Below, piece by piece: positions 55,901-64,000 of a DNA stretch of 64,000 bases. Source of the stretch: Escherichia phage AV110; sequence record OR352940.1, one strand, 5' to 3'. Each line of letters begins with the position of its first letter. Position 1 is the stretch's first letter. Both the position numbers and the translations under genes were made by a program. The notes under the pieces are model-generated. The model saw nothing but the letters and a program-made list of their open reading frames with translations. It was not told the DNA's origin and did no database searches.

Positions 55901-57705
55901 TGAAACAAAATATTAAAATTGGTAACGTCGTTGATGACGGACAAGGCGATTACCTTCGTCGAGGTGGTGAAAAAATAAATGAGAACTTTGACGAAATCTA
56001 TTATGAATTAGGTGATGGTGAAGTTCCTTATGCCGCTGGCGCATGGAAGACTTATGATGCGGCTGATGGTCTTAATCTTAAGGCTGCTTGGGGTAAATCT
56101 TATGCAATTAATACTACTTCTGGGCGAGTTTCGGTAAATCTTCCTAAAGGGACAATTGCAGACTATAATAAAGTTATTCGTGCTCGTGACGTATTTGCAA
56201 CTTGGAACATTAACCCTGTTACTTTAATTCCGGCAAACGGGGACACGATTAAAGGTTCTTCATCTCCGGTGGAAATTAACGTTCAGTTCTCTGATTTAGA
56301 ATTAGTTTATTGTGCTCCTGGACGTTGGGAATACATCAAGAACAAACAAATTGACAAAATAGTTAGCTCTGACATTAGTAACGTTGCTCGTAGAGAATAT
56401 CTGGTTGAAACCCAAGGTCAGACCGATTTCATGGATGTTTTTAACGGGACCTCTTATAATGTTAACAACATTCGCGTAAAACATCGTGGCAACGAATTGT
56501 ACTATGGTGATGTATTCAGTGATAATAGTGATTTTGGTTCTCCAGGCGCTAATCCTGGTGAACTGGTTGCACTCGATGGATTTAATATTAGATTACGCCA
56601 ACCGTGTAATGTTGGGGACACTGTACAAATTGAGACATTCCTAGATGGTGTTTCTCAGTGGCGTAGTTCATATACTCGTCGCCAAGTTCGCATTTTAGAT
56701 AGTAAATTGACTGCTAAAAAGTCTATTGACGGAAGTATTTACGTCACTGATTTGAGTACGTTCCGGTCTATTCCATTTACAGCATTTGGTATTAATCCTA
56801 CGGAACCACCTAACCCTAATTCGTTAGAAGTTCGCTTCAATGGTATTCTCCAAGAATTAGCTGGTACTGTTGGAACTCCTATTTTCCGTTGTGAAGGTGT
56901 GGATGCTGATTCTGAAGAGTCATGCGCTAATCTCGGTGGGACGTGGACTCAATCGTATACAGATTATGCGATTGAATATACTGATAATATCCCTAGCGCA
57001 ATTCTGTTTGACCGTCAATTTGAAGACCAAGACATTATTACCATCACATGGTTTAATAACGATTTAGGAACTCTTCTTGAAATGGAAGAAATCCTTGATG
57101 TCGCTGATGAGAAATATGTTTCTCAAGGGTCTAACATTGAAATTACTGGTGACGTTGCATTAACCGATTTCGATAAAATTGGATGGCCTAATGTAGAACC
57201 TGTTCCTAAGTATGAACGTGAATTCTCGACTATCTCAGCAATATTTGATACAATTTATCCTGTCGGGACTATTTACGAAAATGCGGTTAACCCTAATAAT
57301 CCGGCAACTTATTTAGGTTTTGGTTTGTGGAAAATTTGGGGACAAGGCAAAGTATTAGCAGGTTGGAATGACGACGCATCCGATCCTAATTTTGCATTAA
57401 ATAATAATGACCTTGACGTCAATGGTAACCCTACTCATACCGCAGGTGGTACCGTTGGTGTAACAACCATCACATTAGAAAATGCTGATTTACCAGCTAC
57501 ACAAACCGATGAAAAGGTTCTTATTTCTGATGATAATGGTACAGTAATTATAGGCGGTTGCCAATATGACCCGGATGAAGAAGGTCCTATTTACACTAAA
57601 TATCGTGAAGACCATGCAAAGACTAATGGATCTCATGTTCCAGCGCGTTCTATAACTAATATTCAGCCATCTATAACTGTATACCGTTGGGTAAGGATTG
57701 CATAA
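55900..57705 (+). CDS. 10: Baseplate wedge protein gp10
   Basis: 601-aa ORF; size and synteny. Confidence 0.88.
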   Translation: MKQNIKIGNVVDDGQGDYLRRGGEKINENFDEIYYELGDGEVPYAAGAWKTYDAADGLNLKAAWGKSYAINTTSGRVSVNLPKGTIADYNKVIRARDVFATWNINPVTLIPANGDTIKGSSSPVEINVQFSDLELVYCAPGRWEYIKNKQIDKIVSSDISNVARREYLVETQGQTDFMDVFNGTSYNVNNIRVKHRGNELYYGDVFSDNSDFGSPGANPGELVALDGFNIRLRQPCNVGDTVQIETFLDGVSQWRSSYTRRQVRILDSKLTAKKSIDGSIYVTDLSTFRSIPFTAFGINPTEPPNPNSLEVRFNGILQELAGTVGTPIFRCEGVDADSEESCANLGGTWTQSYTDYAIEYTDNIPSAILFDRQFEDQDIITITWFNNDLGTLLEMEEILDVADEKYVSQGSNIEITGDVALTDFDKIGWPNVEPVPKYEREFSTISAIFDTIYPVGTIYENAVNPNNPATYLGFGLWKIWGQGKVLAGWNDDASDPNFALNNNDLDVNGNPTHTAGGTVGVTTITLENADLPATQTDEKVLISDDNGTVIIGGCQYDPDEEGPIYTKYREDHAKTNGSHVPARSITNIQPSITVYRWVRIA

Positions 57706-58364
57706 TGACTGTACTTAATACAAAGGCGGGAGTTATTTCCCGTCATGCTGATTTTTTGAATTACAGAAAAAATCCAGCTCAAATTGATGTTTTAAACAAC
57801 CAAGCTGTAGGTTCCGTGACTATTTCTCAGTTAGCTCGCGGTTTTTATGATGCTAACGTAGAATCTGCAATAAATGATGTCCATAATATGGCACGAGCTG
57901 ATATTGGTACTGTTGTCACAAACACTTCAGGCGTATCGCCTGAAGGTACAGCACAAGTTGATTATTGGACTTTTTCTGGTGATGTTCTCGACGATACTTT
58001 GACCACTGGAACGCCAGTCGTTATTAACGTATTTGGACTTGCTGTTAAAGCAACAATCGGTATGACTGATAACGAATTAACGGCACAAGTTCGTATAGCT
58101 TTACAAGAAGCCATTGCTAATCAAATCGCTATTTCTTCTTATAAAGACCATCCATCCGAAGGTAATAAACTTCAGGTGACATATTTAGATAACCAACGTC
58201 ATGTGTTGCCAACATATGCTTCGTTTGGTGTAACAATTTCGCAAGAAATTTTGTCTGAAGCAAAATCCGGATACGGAACATGGAATTTATTAGGTGCCCA
58301 AACGGTTACTCTTGATAACCATGATACTCCTACCGTTTTCTACCACTTTGTGAGAGCCTCATGA
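57705..58364 (+). CDS. 11: Baseplate wedge protein gp11
   Basis: ORF track 57687..58364 trimmed to [10 protein letters not shown] (TAATG overlap with gene 10); matches remembered T4 gp11. Confidence 0.9.
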   Translation: MTVLNTKAGVISRHADFLNYRKNPAQIDVLNNQAVGSVTISQLARGFYDANVESAINDVHNMARADIGTVVTNTSGVSPEGTAQVDYWTFSGDVLDDTLTTGTPVVINVFGLAVKATIGMTDNELTAQVRIALQEAIANQIAISSYKDHPSEGNKLQVTYLDNQRHVLPTYASFGVTISQEILSEAKSGYGTWNLLGAQTVTLDNHDTPTVFYHFVRAS

Positions 58365-59944
58365 GTAATAACAATACATACCAACACGTTTCAAATGAAT
58401 CTATTTACGTTGAATTCGACCCTACTGGGTCGAATTTTCCAGATACAGTCACTAATGTCCAAGCCGCATTAGCTGCTATTTCTCCTTCAGGTGTTAATGG
58501 CGTACCGGAAGCAACAACTACTACACCTGGAATTATTCAAATAGCCACTCCACAAGAAGTTATTGATGGATTAGATAATAGTAAAGCTGTTACTCCGGCA
58601 TCACTGAATGCTCGTCTACAATATCCTAATGCAACCGAAACTCAATATGGTTTAACTCGTTATGCTACTGAAGATGAAGCAGTAGCCGGAGCTATTGACG
58701 ATGCATCAATTACTCCGCTTAAATTGAATCAAAAAATAGACAATGTATTCCAGACAAAAGTATCAACAGAAGCAACAAATGGTGTAATTAAAATTTCAAC
58801 TTCTGCTGCGGCATTAGCTGGTTCTGACGATACAACGGCAATGACACCGTTAAAAACACAACAATTAGCAATTAAACTTATTTCACAAATTGCTCCAAAT
58901 AATAGTGACGCCACCGAATCTATTACAGGTGTTGTTCGTTTAGCTACAGTTGCACAAGCACAACAAGGCACCCTGCGTGAAGGCTATGCAATTTCACCTT
59001 ATACCTTTATGAATTCAGTAGCATCAGAAACTAATAAAGGTGTCGTTAAACTAGGGACACAGACTGAAGTAAATAGTAACAACTCTTCAGTTGTAGTGAC
59101 CGGCGCAACATTAAACGGGCGCGGGGCTACAACTTCTTTACGTGGAGTTGTTCGTTTAACTACACAAGCGGGTAGCCAATCAGGTGGTGATGGTTCTTCT
59201 GCCCTTGCTTGGAATGCTGATGTTATCCACCAACGAGGCGGTCAAACTATTAATGGCACGCTTCGCATTAATAATACGTTGACGGTTGGTTCTGGTGGTG
59301 CTAATATAACGGGTAATGTCAATATGACCGGTGGTTATATTCAAGGCAATCGTATTGTGACTCAAAATGAATTAGACCGAATTCTTCCAGTTGGCGCTAT
59401 TACAATGTGGGCTGCAGATAGTTTGCCGAGTTCGGACTGGCGTTTCTGTCACGGTGGGACCGTTTCTGCTTCAGAATGTCCTGTATATGCTTCCAGAATT
59501 GGGACACGATATGGTGGTAGTTCTTCTAACCCAGGCTTGCCCGATATGCGTGGATTATTTGTTCGCGGCTCAGGTCGTGGTAACCATTTAACTAACCCTA
59601 ATGTTAATGGTAATGACCAATTCGGTAAGCCTCGTCTGGCGGTAGGTTGTACCGGTGGATATGTTGGTGAGGTGCAAAAACAACAGATGTCATATCATAA
59701 GCATGCTGGCGGTTTTGGTGAACATGACGATGCAGGAGCATTCGGTAATACTCGTCGTTCAAACTTTGTTGGTACTCGTAAAGGACTTGACTGGGATAAC
59801 CGTTCGTATTTTACTAACGATGGATATGAAATTGATCCAGCGTCTCAGCGTAACTCTAAATATACCCTGAATCGTCCAGAATTAATTGGAAATGAAACTC
59901 GCCCATGGAATATTTCTTTAAACTATATCATTAAGGTAAAATAA
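58361..59944 (+). CDS. 12: Short tail fiber protein gp12
   Basis: 527-aa ORF, same length as T4 gp12. Confidence 0.9.
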   Translation: MSNNNTYQHVSNESIYVEFDPTGSNFPDTVTNVQAALAAISPSGVNGVPEATTTTPGIIQIATPQEVIDGLDNSKAVTPASLNARLQYPNATETQYGLTRYATEDEAVAGAIDDASITPLKLNQKIDNVFQTKVSTEATNGVIKISTSAAALAGSDDTTAMTPLKTQQLAIKLISQIAPNNSDATESITGVVRLATVAQAQQGTLREGYAISPYTFMNSVASETNKGVVKLGTQTEVNSNNSSVVVTGATLNGRGATTSLRGVVRLTTQAGSQSGGDGSSALAWNADVIHQRGGQTINGTLRINNTLTVGSGGANITGNVNMTGGYIQGNRIVTQNELDRILPVGAITMWAADSLPSSDWRFCHGGTVSASECPVYASRIGTRYGGSSSNPGLPDMRGLFVRGSGRGNHLTNPNVNGNDQFGKPRLAVGCTGGYVGEVQKQQMSYHKHAGGFGEHDDAGAFGNTRRSNFVGTRKGLDWDNRSYFTNDGYEIDPASQRNSKYTLNRPELIGNETRPWNISLNYIIKVK

Positions 59945-61392
59945 TGACTGATATAACTCTGGTAGATTTACCATATGTTGACGGCCCACCAGACGCGGGT
60001 CAGAGTCGTATTGAATGGATTAAAAACGATGAAGAAATAACAGGTGCTGACACAAAATACGGTTCTGAAGGTGTAATGAACCGTCCTATTGTTGAAGTTC
60101 AACGTAACGTAGAAGCGTTAGATGTTAATATTAAAACTATAGCATCTTCTTTGAATACGGCCAATGAAGATATCAAAGCTATTCAAGGTATTTTAGATGT
60201 TTCTGGGGATGTTGATGCTCTTGCACAGATAGGCCAGAACACCCAAGATATCGATGTCATTAAAGTCACAGTTCAAACCCATGCCAGTGAATTGAATGAT
60301 TTGAATGAACATATTGATGCGAATACTGACGATATTGGTGTTTATAATCAGGAAACAGATTCAGTTTATAGAACGGTTCGTAACGACCTGCTTTGGATTA
60401 AAAATGAATTAGGACAATATACCGGTCAAGATATTAATGGGGTTCCTACTCCAGGAAATGATAGCACTGGTATGAAACGCCGTATTATGACTAATAGCTC
60501 CGTAATTGTTGACCACGGTGTTCGATTAACTGATTTGGAAACTAAATTTGCTGATTCTGACGTCGGCTCTTTAACTGTTGAAGTTGAACACTTGCGCGAA
60601 GAAATGGGGCCTCGCACTTCTTTCACTACTCCAGTGTTTAGTCGTCTTTCCGGTATTGATTTAACTTTGTCGCGTCAAAATGCTGACTTGGATGGCATTA
60701 AACAGTCTATTGGGTATCCTAATACGACTTCTATTATTACTACAACTAATGCGAATAGTTCAGCAATAAACGACATTAATCTTGAGCTCAATCAATCTGG
60801 TGGTATTAAACCTCGTTTGACTACAGTAGAAACTGCCATTGGCGCCGATGATTTGCCTACTACAATCCAAGGACGTATTAAACTCAATACTGATGCTATC
60901 GGAGCATTGAATACTGTTGTCGGCTCTGATTCTTCGTCAGGATTGCGTTTTAATGTGTCATGGTTAAATAACGTAGTTGGTGTTGACGCTTCAGGTGGGA
61001 AACCGGAACCAGACGGCTCTTTGCTTTATCGTACTCGAGAGCTTGAAGGAACTATCGGTGGGCTGAGTAATGACATTCAGAACATTCAAACTGATGTTGG
61101 GACTAATTCCACAGGAATTAAGGGTTCTGTAAACACATTAAATACTCTTATAAATGGCACCAACCCAAATGGTTCGACTGTTGAAGAACGCGGTATATTG
61201 CCTACAGTTAAAAGTCATGATACGACAATTAATGGTTTAACTTCTAGAATTGCTACTCTTGAAACTGATTTGGCCGCTGCAGAAGCTGAAATCCAAACTC
61301 TTAAGGACGCTGGATATATTGAAGATGCTCCTTCAGACGGTAAATTCTATGTTCGCAAAGATGGTGCATGGGTTGAACTTCCTACAGCTTAA
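59944..61392 (+). CDS. wac: Fibritin (whisker antigen control) Wac
   Basis: 482-aa ORF with coiled-coil repeats and C-terminal foldon-like GYIEDAPSDGKFYVRKDGAWVELPTA. Confidence 0.9.
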   Translation: MTDITLVDLPYVDGPPDAGQSRIEWIKNDEEITGADTKYGSEGVMNRPIVEVQRNVEALDVNIKTIASSLNTANEDIKAIQGILDVSGDVDALAQIGQNTQDIDVIKVTVQTHASELNDLNEHIDANTDDIGVYNQETDSVYRTVRNDLLWIKNELGQYTGQDINGVPTPGNDSTGMKRRIMTNSSVIVDHGVRLTDLETKFADSDVGSLTVEVEHLREEMGPRTSFTTPVFSRLSGIDLTLSRQNADLDGIKQSIGYPNTTSIITTTNANSSAINDINLELNQSGGIKPRLTTVETAIGADDLPTTIQGRIKLNTDAIGALNTVVGSDSSSGLRFNVSWLNNVVGVDASGGKPEPDGSLLYRTRELEGTIGGLSNDIQNIQTDVGTNSTGIKGSVNTLNTLINGTNPNGSTVEERGILPTVKSHDTTINGLTSRIATLETDLAAAEAEIQTLKDAGYIEDAPSDGKFYVRKDGAWVELPTA

Positions 61393-61398
61393 TGAAAA

Positions 61399-61412
61399 GG
61401 GCCTTCGGGCCC
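61399..61412 (+). other. GC hairpin GGGCC-ttcg-GGCCC after wac, no U-run
   Basis: Perfect 5-bp stem with tetraloop followed by TAAAGG. Confidence 0.35.
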
Positions 61413-61424
61413 TAAAGGATTTAT

Positions 61425-62351
61425 ATGTCAGGTTATAATGCACAAAACCCTAAAGAATTAAAAGATGTAATATTACGTCGTTTAGGCGCTCCTATTGTAA
61501 ATGTTGAATTAACTACAGACCAAATTTATGATTGTATTTCACGAGCGTTAGAACTTTATGGCGAATACCATTTTGACGGGTTGAATAAAGGTTTCCATGT
61601 ATTTTTTGTTGATGACGAAGAAAAATACCGTCACGGCGTATTTGATATGCGTGGTTCTAACGTATTTGCTGTAACAAGAATTATAAGAACAAACGTTGGC
61701 TCTATTACTTCAATGGATGGTAATGCAACTTATCCATGGTTCACTGATTTCCTTTTAGGAATGGCCGGTGTTTCAGGTGGTATGGGTAGTAATTGTGGTA
61801 AATTCTACGGTCCGAACGCTTTTGGCGCTGACCTCGGGTATTATTCTCAATTAGTATCTTATATGGGTATGCTTCAAGATATGATTGCTCCTCTTCCAGA
61901 TTTTTGGTTTAACTCTGCAAACGAGCAATTAAAAGTAATGGGTAACTTTAGACAGAAAGATGTCATTATCGTTGAATCGTATGTTCGCTCTTATATCGAG
62001 ACCCATAAGATGGTAGGAAATACAGTAGGGTACGGTCAGGTCGGTCCTCGTGATTCATGGTCTATTTCTGAACGTTATGATAATCCAGACCATAATTTGG
62101 TCGGACGTCGAGTTGGTGAAGATCCTGCAACTAAACAAGGCGCATATAACAACCGCTGGGTTAAAGATTATGCAACTGCATTAGCTAAAGAGCTTAATGG
62201 ACAAATTCTTGCTAAACATCAAGGTATGATGTTACCTGGTGGCGTCACTGTTGATGGTGTTCGATTAATTGAAGAAGCTCGTTTAGAGAAAGAAGCTTTA
62301 CGAGAAGAGCTATATTTACTGGACCCTCCTGCAGGTATTTTGGTAGGTTAA
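61425..62351 (+). CDS. 13: Neck protein gp13
   Basis: 308-aa ORF; size and synteny. Confidence 0.85.
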   Translation: MSGYNAQNPKELKDVILRRLGAPIVNVELTTDQIYDCISRALELYGEYHFDGLNKGFHVFFVDDEEKYRHGVFDMRGSNVFAVTRIIRTNVGSITSMDGNATYPWFTDFLLGMAGVSGGMGSNCGKFYGPNAFGADLGYYSQLVSYMGMLQDMIAPLPDFWFNSANEQLKVMGNFRQKDVIIVESYVRSYIETHKMVGNTVGYGQVGPRDSWSISERYDNPDHNLVGRRVGEDPATKQGAYNNRWVKDYATALAKELNGQILAKHQGMMLPGGVTVDGVRLIEEARLEKEALREELYLLDPPAGILVG

Positions 62352-62352
62352 T

Positions 62353-63117
62353 ATGGCAACTTATGATAAAAATCTTTTCGCCAAACTAGAAAATCGTGGT
62401 GGGTATTCTCAGACAAATGAGACTGAAATCCTCAATCCATTTGTCAATTTTAATAATTATGAGAATAGTCAGACATTAGCCGATGTTCTAGTGGCAGAAA
62501 GCATACAGATGCGCGGTATTGAATGTTTTTATGTTCCACGTGAATATGTTGCCGTGGACCTTATCTTTGGTGAGGACCTTAAAAATAAATTTACTAAAGC
62601 ATGGAAATTTGCTGCATATCTGAACTCTTTTGAAGGTTATGAAGGAGCGAAATCGTTCTTCAGCAACTTCGGAATGCAAGTTCAAGACGAAGTTACATTA
62701 TCTATTAACCCGGGTCTTTTCAAACACCAGGTCAACAATCAGGAGCCCAAGGAAGGTGATTTAATATACTTCCCAATGGACAACAGTTTGTTTGAGATTA
62801 ACTGGGTTGAACCATATGACCCATTCTATCAAGTAGGTAAAAATGCGATTCGTAAAATTACTGCAGGCAAGTTTATTTACTCTGGCGAAGAAATCAATCC
62901 GGTGCTTCAGAAAAATGAAGGTATCAATATACCTGAATTTAGTGACTTGGAACTTAACCCTGTTAGAAATCTTGACGGTATCCATGACATTAATATCGAT
63001 GAGTATTCTGAAGTTGAGCAAATCAATTCAGAGGCAAGTGAATACGTTGAGCCGTATGTAGTAGTTAACAACCGTGGTAGACAAAATTCACCATTTGACG
63101 ATGGGTTTATGAATTAA
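62353..63117 (+). CDS. 14: Neck protein gp14
   Basis: 254-aa ORF; size and synteny. Confidence 0.85.
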   Translation: MATYDKNLFAKLENRGGYSQTNETEILNPFVNFNNYENSQTLADVLVAESIQMRGIECFYVPREYVAVDLIFGEDLKNKFTKAWKFAAYLNSFEGYEGAKSFFSNFGMQVQDEVTLSINPGLFKHQVNNQEPKEGDLIYFPMDNSLFEINWVEPYDPFYQVGKNAIRKITAGKFIYSGEEINPVLQKNEGINIPEFSDLELNPVRNLDGIHDINIDEYSEVEQINSEASEYVEPYVVVNNRGRQNSPFDDGFMN

Positions 63118-63166
63118 TAAATAGATAAGATAAAGCAAACACCGGTCGAAAGGCCGGTTAGGAGAA

Positions 63167-63991
63167 ATGATGTTTGGCTATTTTTACAACTCGTCGTTCA
63201 GGCGATATATCACAATGATGGGCGATTTGTTTTCAAATATCCAAGTTAACCGTCAATTGTCTACAGGCAATAAATTAATTAGAGTTCCTATTACGTATGC
63301 ATCTAAAGAGCACTTTATGATGAAACTTAATAAATGGACCTCTATAAACTCACAAGAAGATGTGGCTAAAGTCGAAACTATTCTACCACGTATAAATCTC
63401 CAAATGGTAGATTTCGTTTATAACCCAACGTTTAAAACGAATATATTGAATAACTCTCTTTTGAGTAAATCGACTAAGGATATTGTAGACCAATACAACC
63501 CATCACCAATTAAAATGATTTTTGAACTGAGCATCTTTACTCGTTATGAAGATGATATGTTCCAAATCGTTGAGCAAATTATTCCATATTTTCAGCCACA
63601 TTTTAATACGACTATGATTGAGCAATATGGGCAGGATATTCCATTTGAAAGAGATATTAAAGTCGTATGGATGGCAGCAGCAATGGATGAACAAATAGAC
63701 GGTGATAATTTATCCCGTCGACGTTTAGAGTGGTCATTAACATTTGAAGTAAATGGATGGATGTATCCTCCGGTAGGCGCAGCAGAAGGCCTTATTAAAA
63801 CGACTTATCTTGATTTTCATGCTAATGAACGAGACCTTCAAACAGCCGCCAGTGTTTTTGAATCAGTTGATACAGAAATTAAACCGAGAGACGTTGAAGC
63901 ACAAGATTGGAATGGTGAAGTTGAACAAACTTATACTCATGATATTCCAATCCCGACTCCACCAACCCCTCCTGGTCCTAGAAAACAATAA
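63167..63991 (+). CDS. 15: Tail sheath stabilizer/completion protein gp15
   Basis: 274-aa ORF; size and synteny. Confidence 0.85.
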   Translation: MMFGYFYNSSFRRYITMMGDLFSNIQVNRQLSTGNKLIRVPITYASKEHFMMKLNKWTSINSQEDVAKVETILPRINLQMVDFVYNPTFKTNILNNSLLSKSTKDIVDQYNPSPIKMIFELSIFTRYEDDMFQIVEQIIPYFQPHFNTTMIEQYGQDIPFERDIKVVWMAAAMDEQIDGDNLSRRRLEWSLTFEVNGWMYPPVGAAEGLIKTTYLDFHANERDLQTAASVFESVDTEIKPRDVEAQDWNGEVEQTYTHDIPIPTPPTPPGPRKQ

Positions 63992-64000
63992 GAGGTAAAT

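Overview
This window is a contiguous piece of a T4-like (T-even, Tevenvirinae-type) bacteriophage genome, colinear with phage T4 from gene 44 to gene 15. All calls are from reading the sequence and ORF translations and from remembered T4 protein features; no searches or folding programs were run. The left 45.7 kb is transcribed leftward (minus strand): replication and recombination genes (44, 45, rpbA, 46, 47), late sigma factor gp55, the anaerobic nucleotide-reduction cluster (nrdH-like, nrdG, nrdD with no intron, nrdC), endonuclease VII, rI, tk, regB, a GrcA-like glycyl-radical protein, denV, lysozyme e, nudE, a short tRNA/small-RNA locus, 57B (Acb1), 57A and genes 1, 3, 2, 4. From 45.7 kb the plus strand carries the late baseplate/neck module (53, 5, 5.1, 5.4, 6-12, wac, 13, 14, 15). 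Between the conserved genes lie hyperplastic accessory regions packed with small ORFs, nearly every one preceded by a stem-loop-embedded early promoter (PeSL-type). The most notable accessory content is six capsid-targeting-signal internal-protein genes, a degraded second copy of the denV start, two nucleotidyltransferase-fold proteins, a macro-domain protein, two orphan P-loop NTPases, a triplet of paralogs sharing a C-terminal WVSSS..C tail, and a conserved 27-bp gene-junction motif. No CRISPR array, IS element or integrase was seen. I could not identify a clearly novel multi-gene system with confidence; the candidates are listed with what would confirm or refute them.
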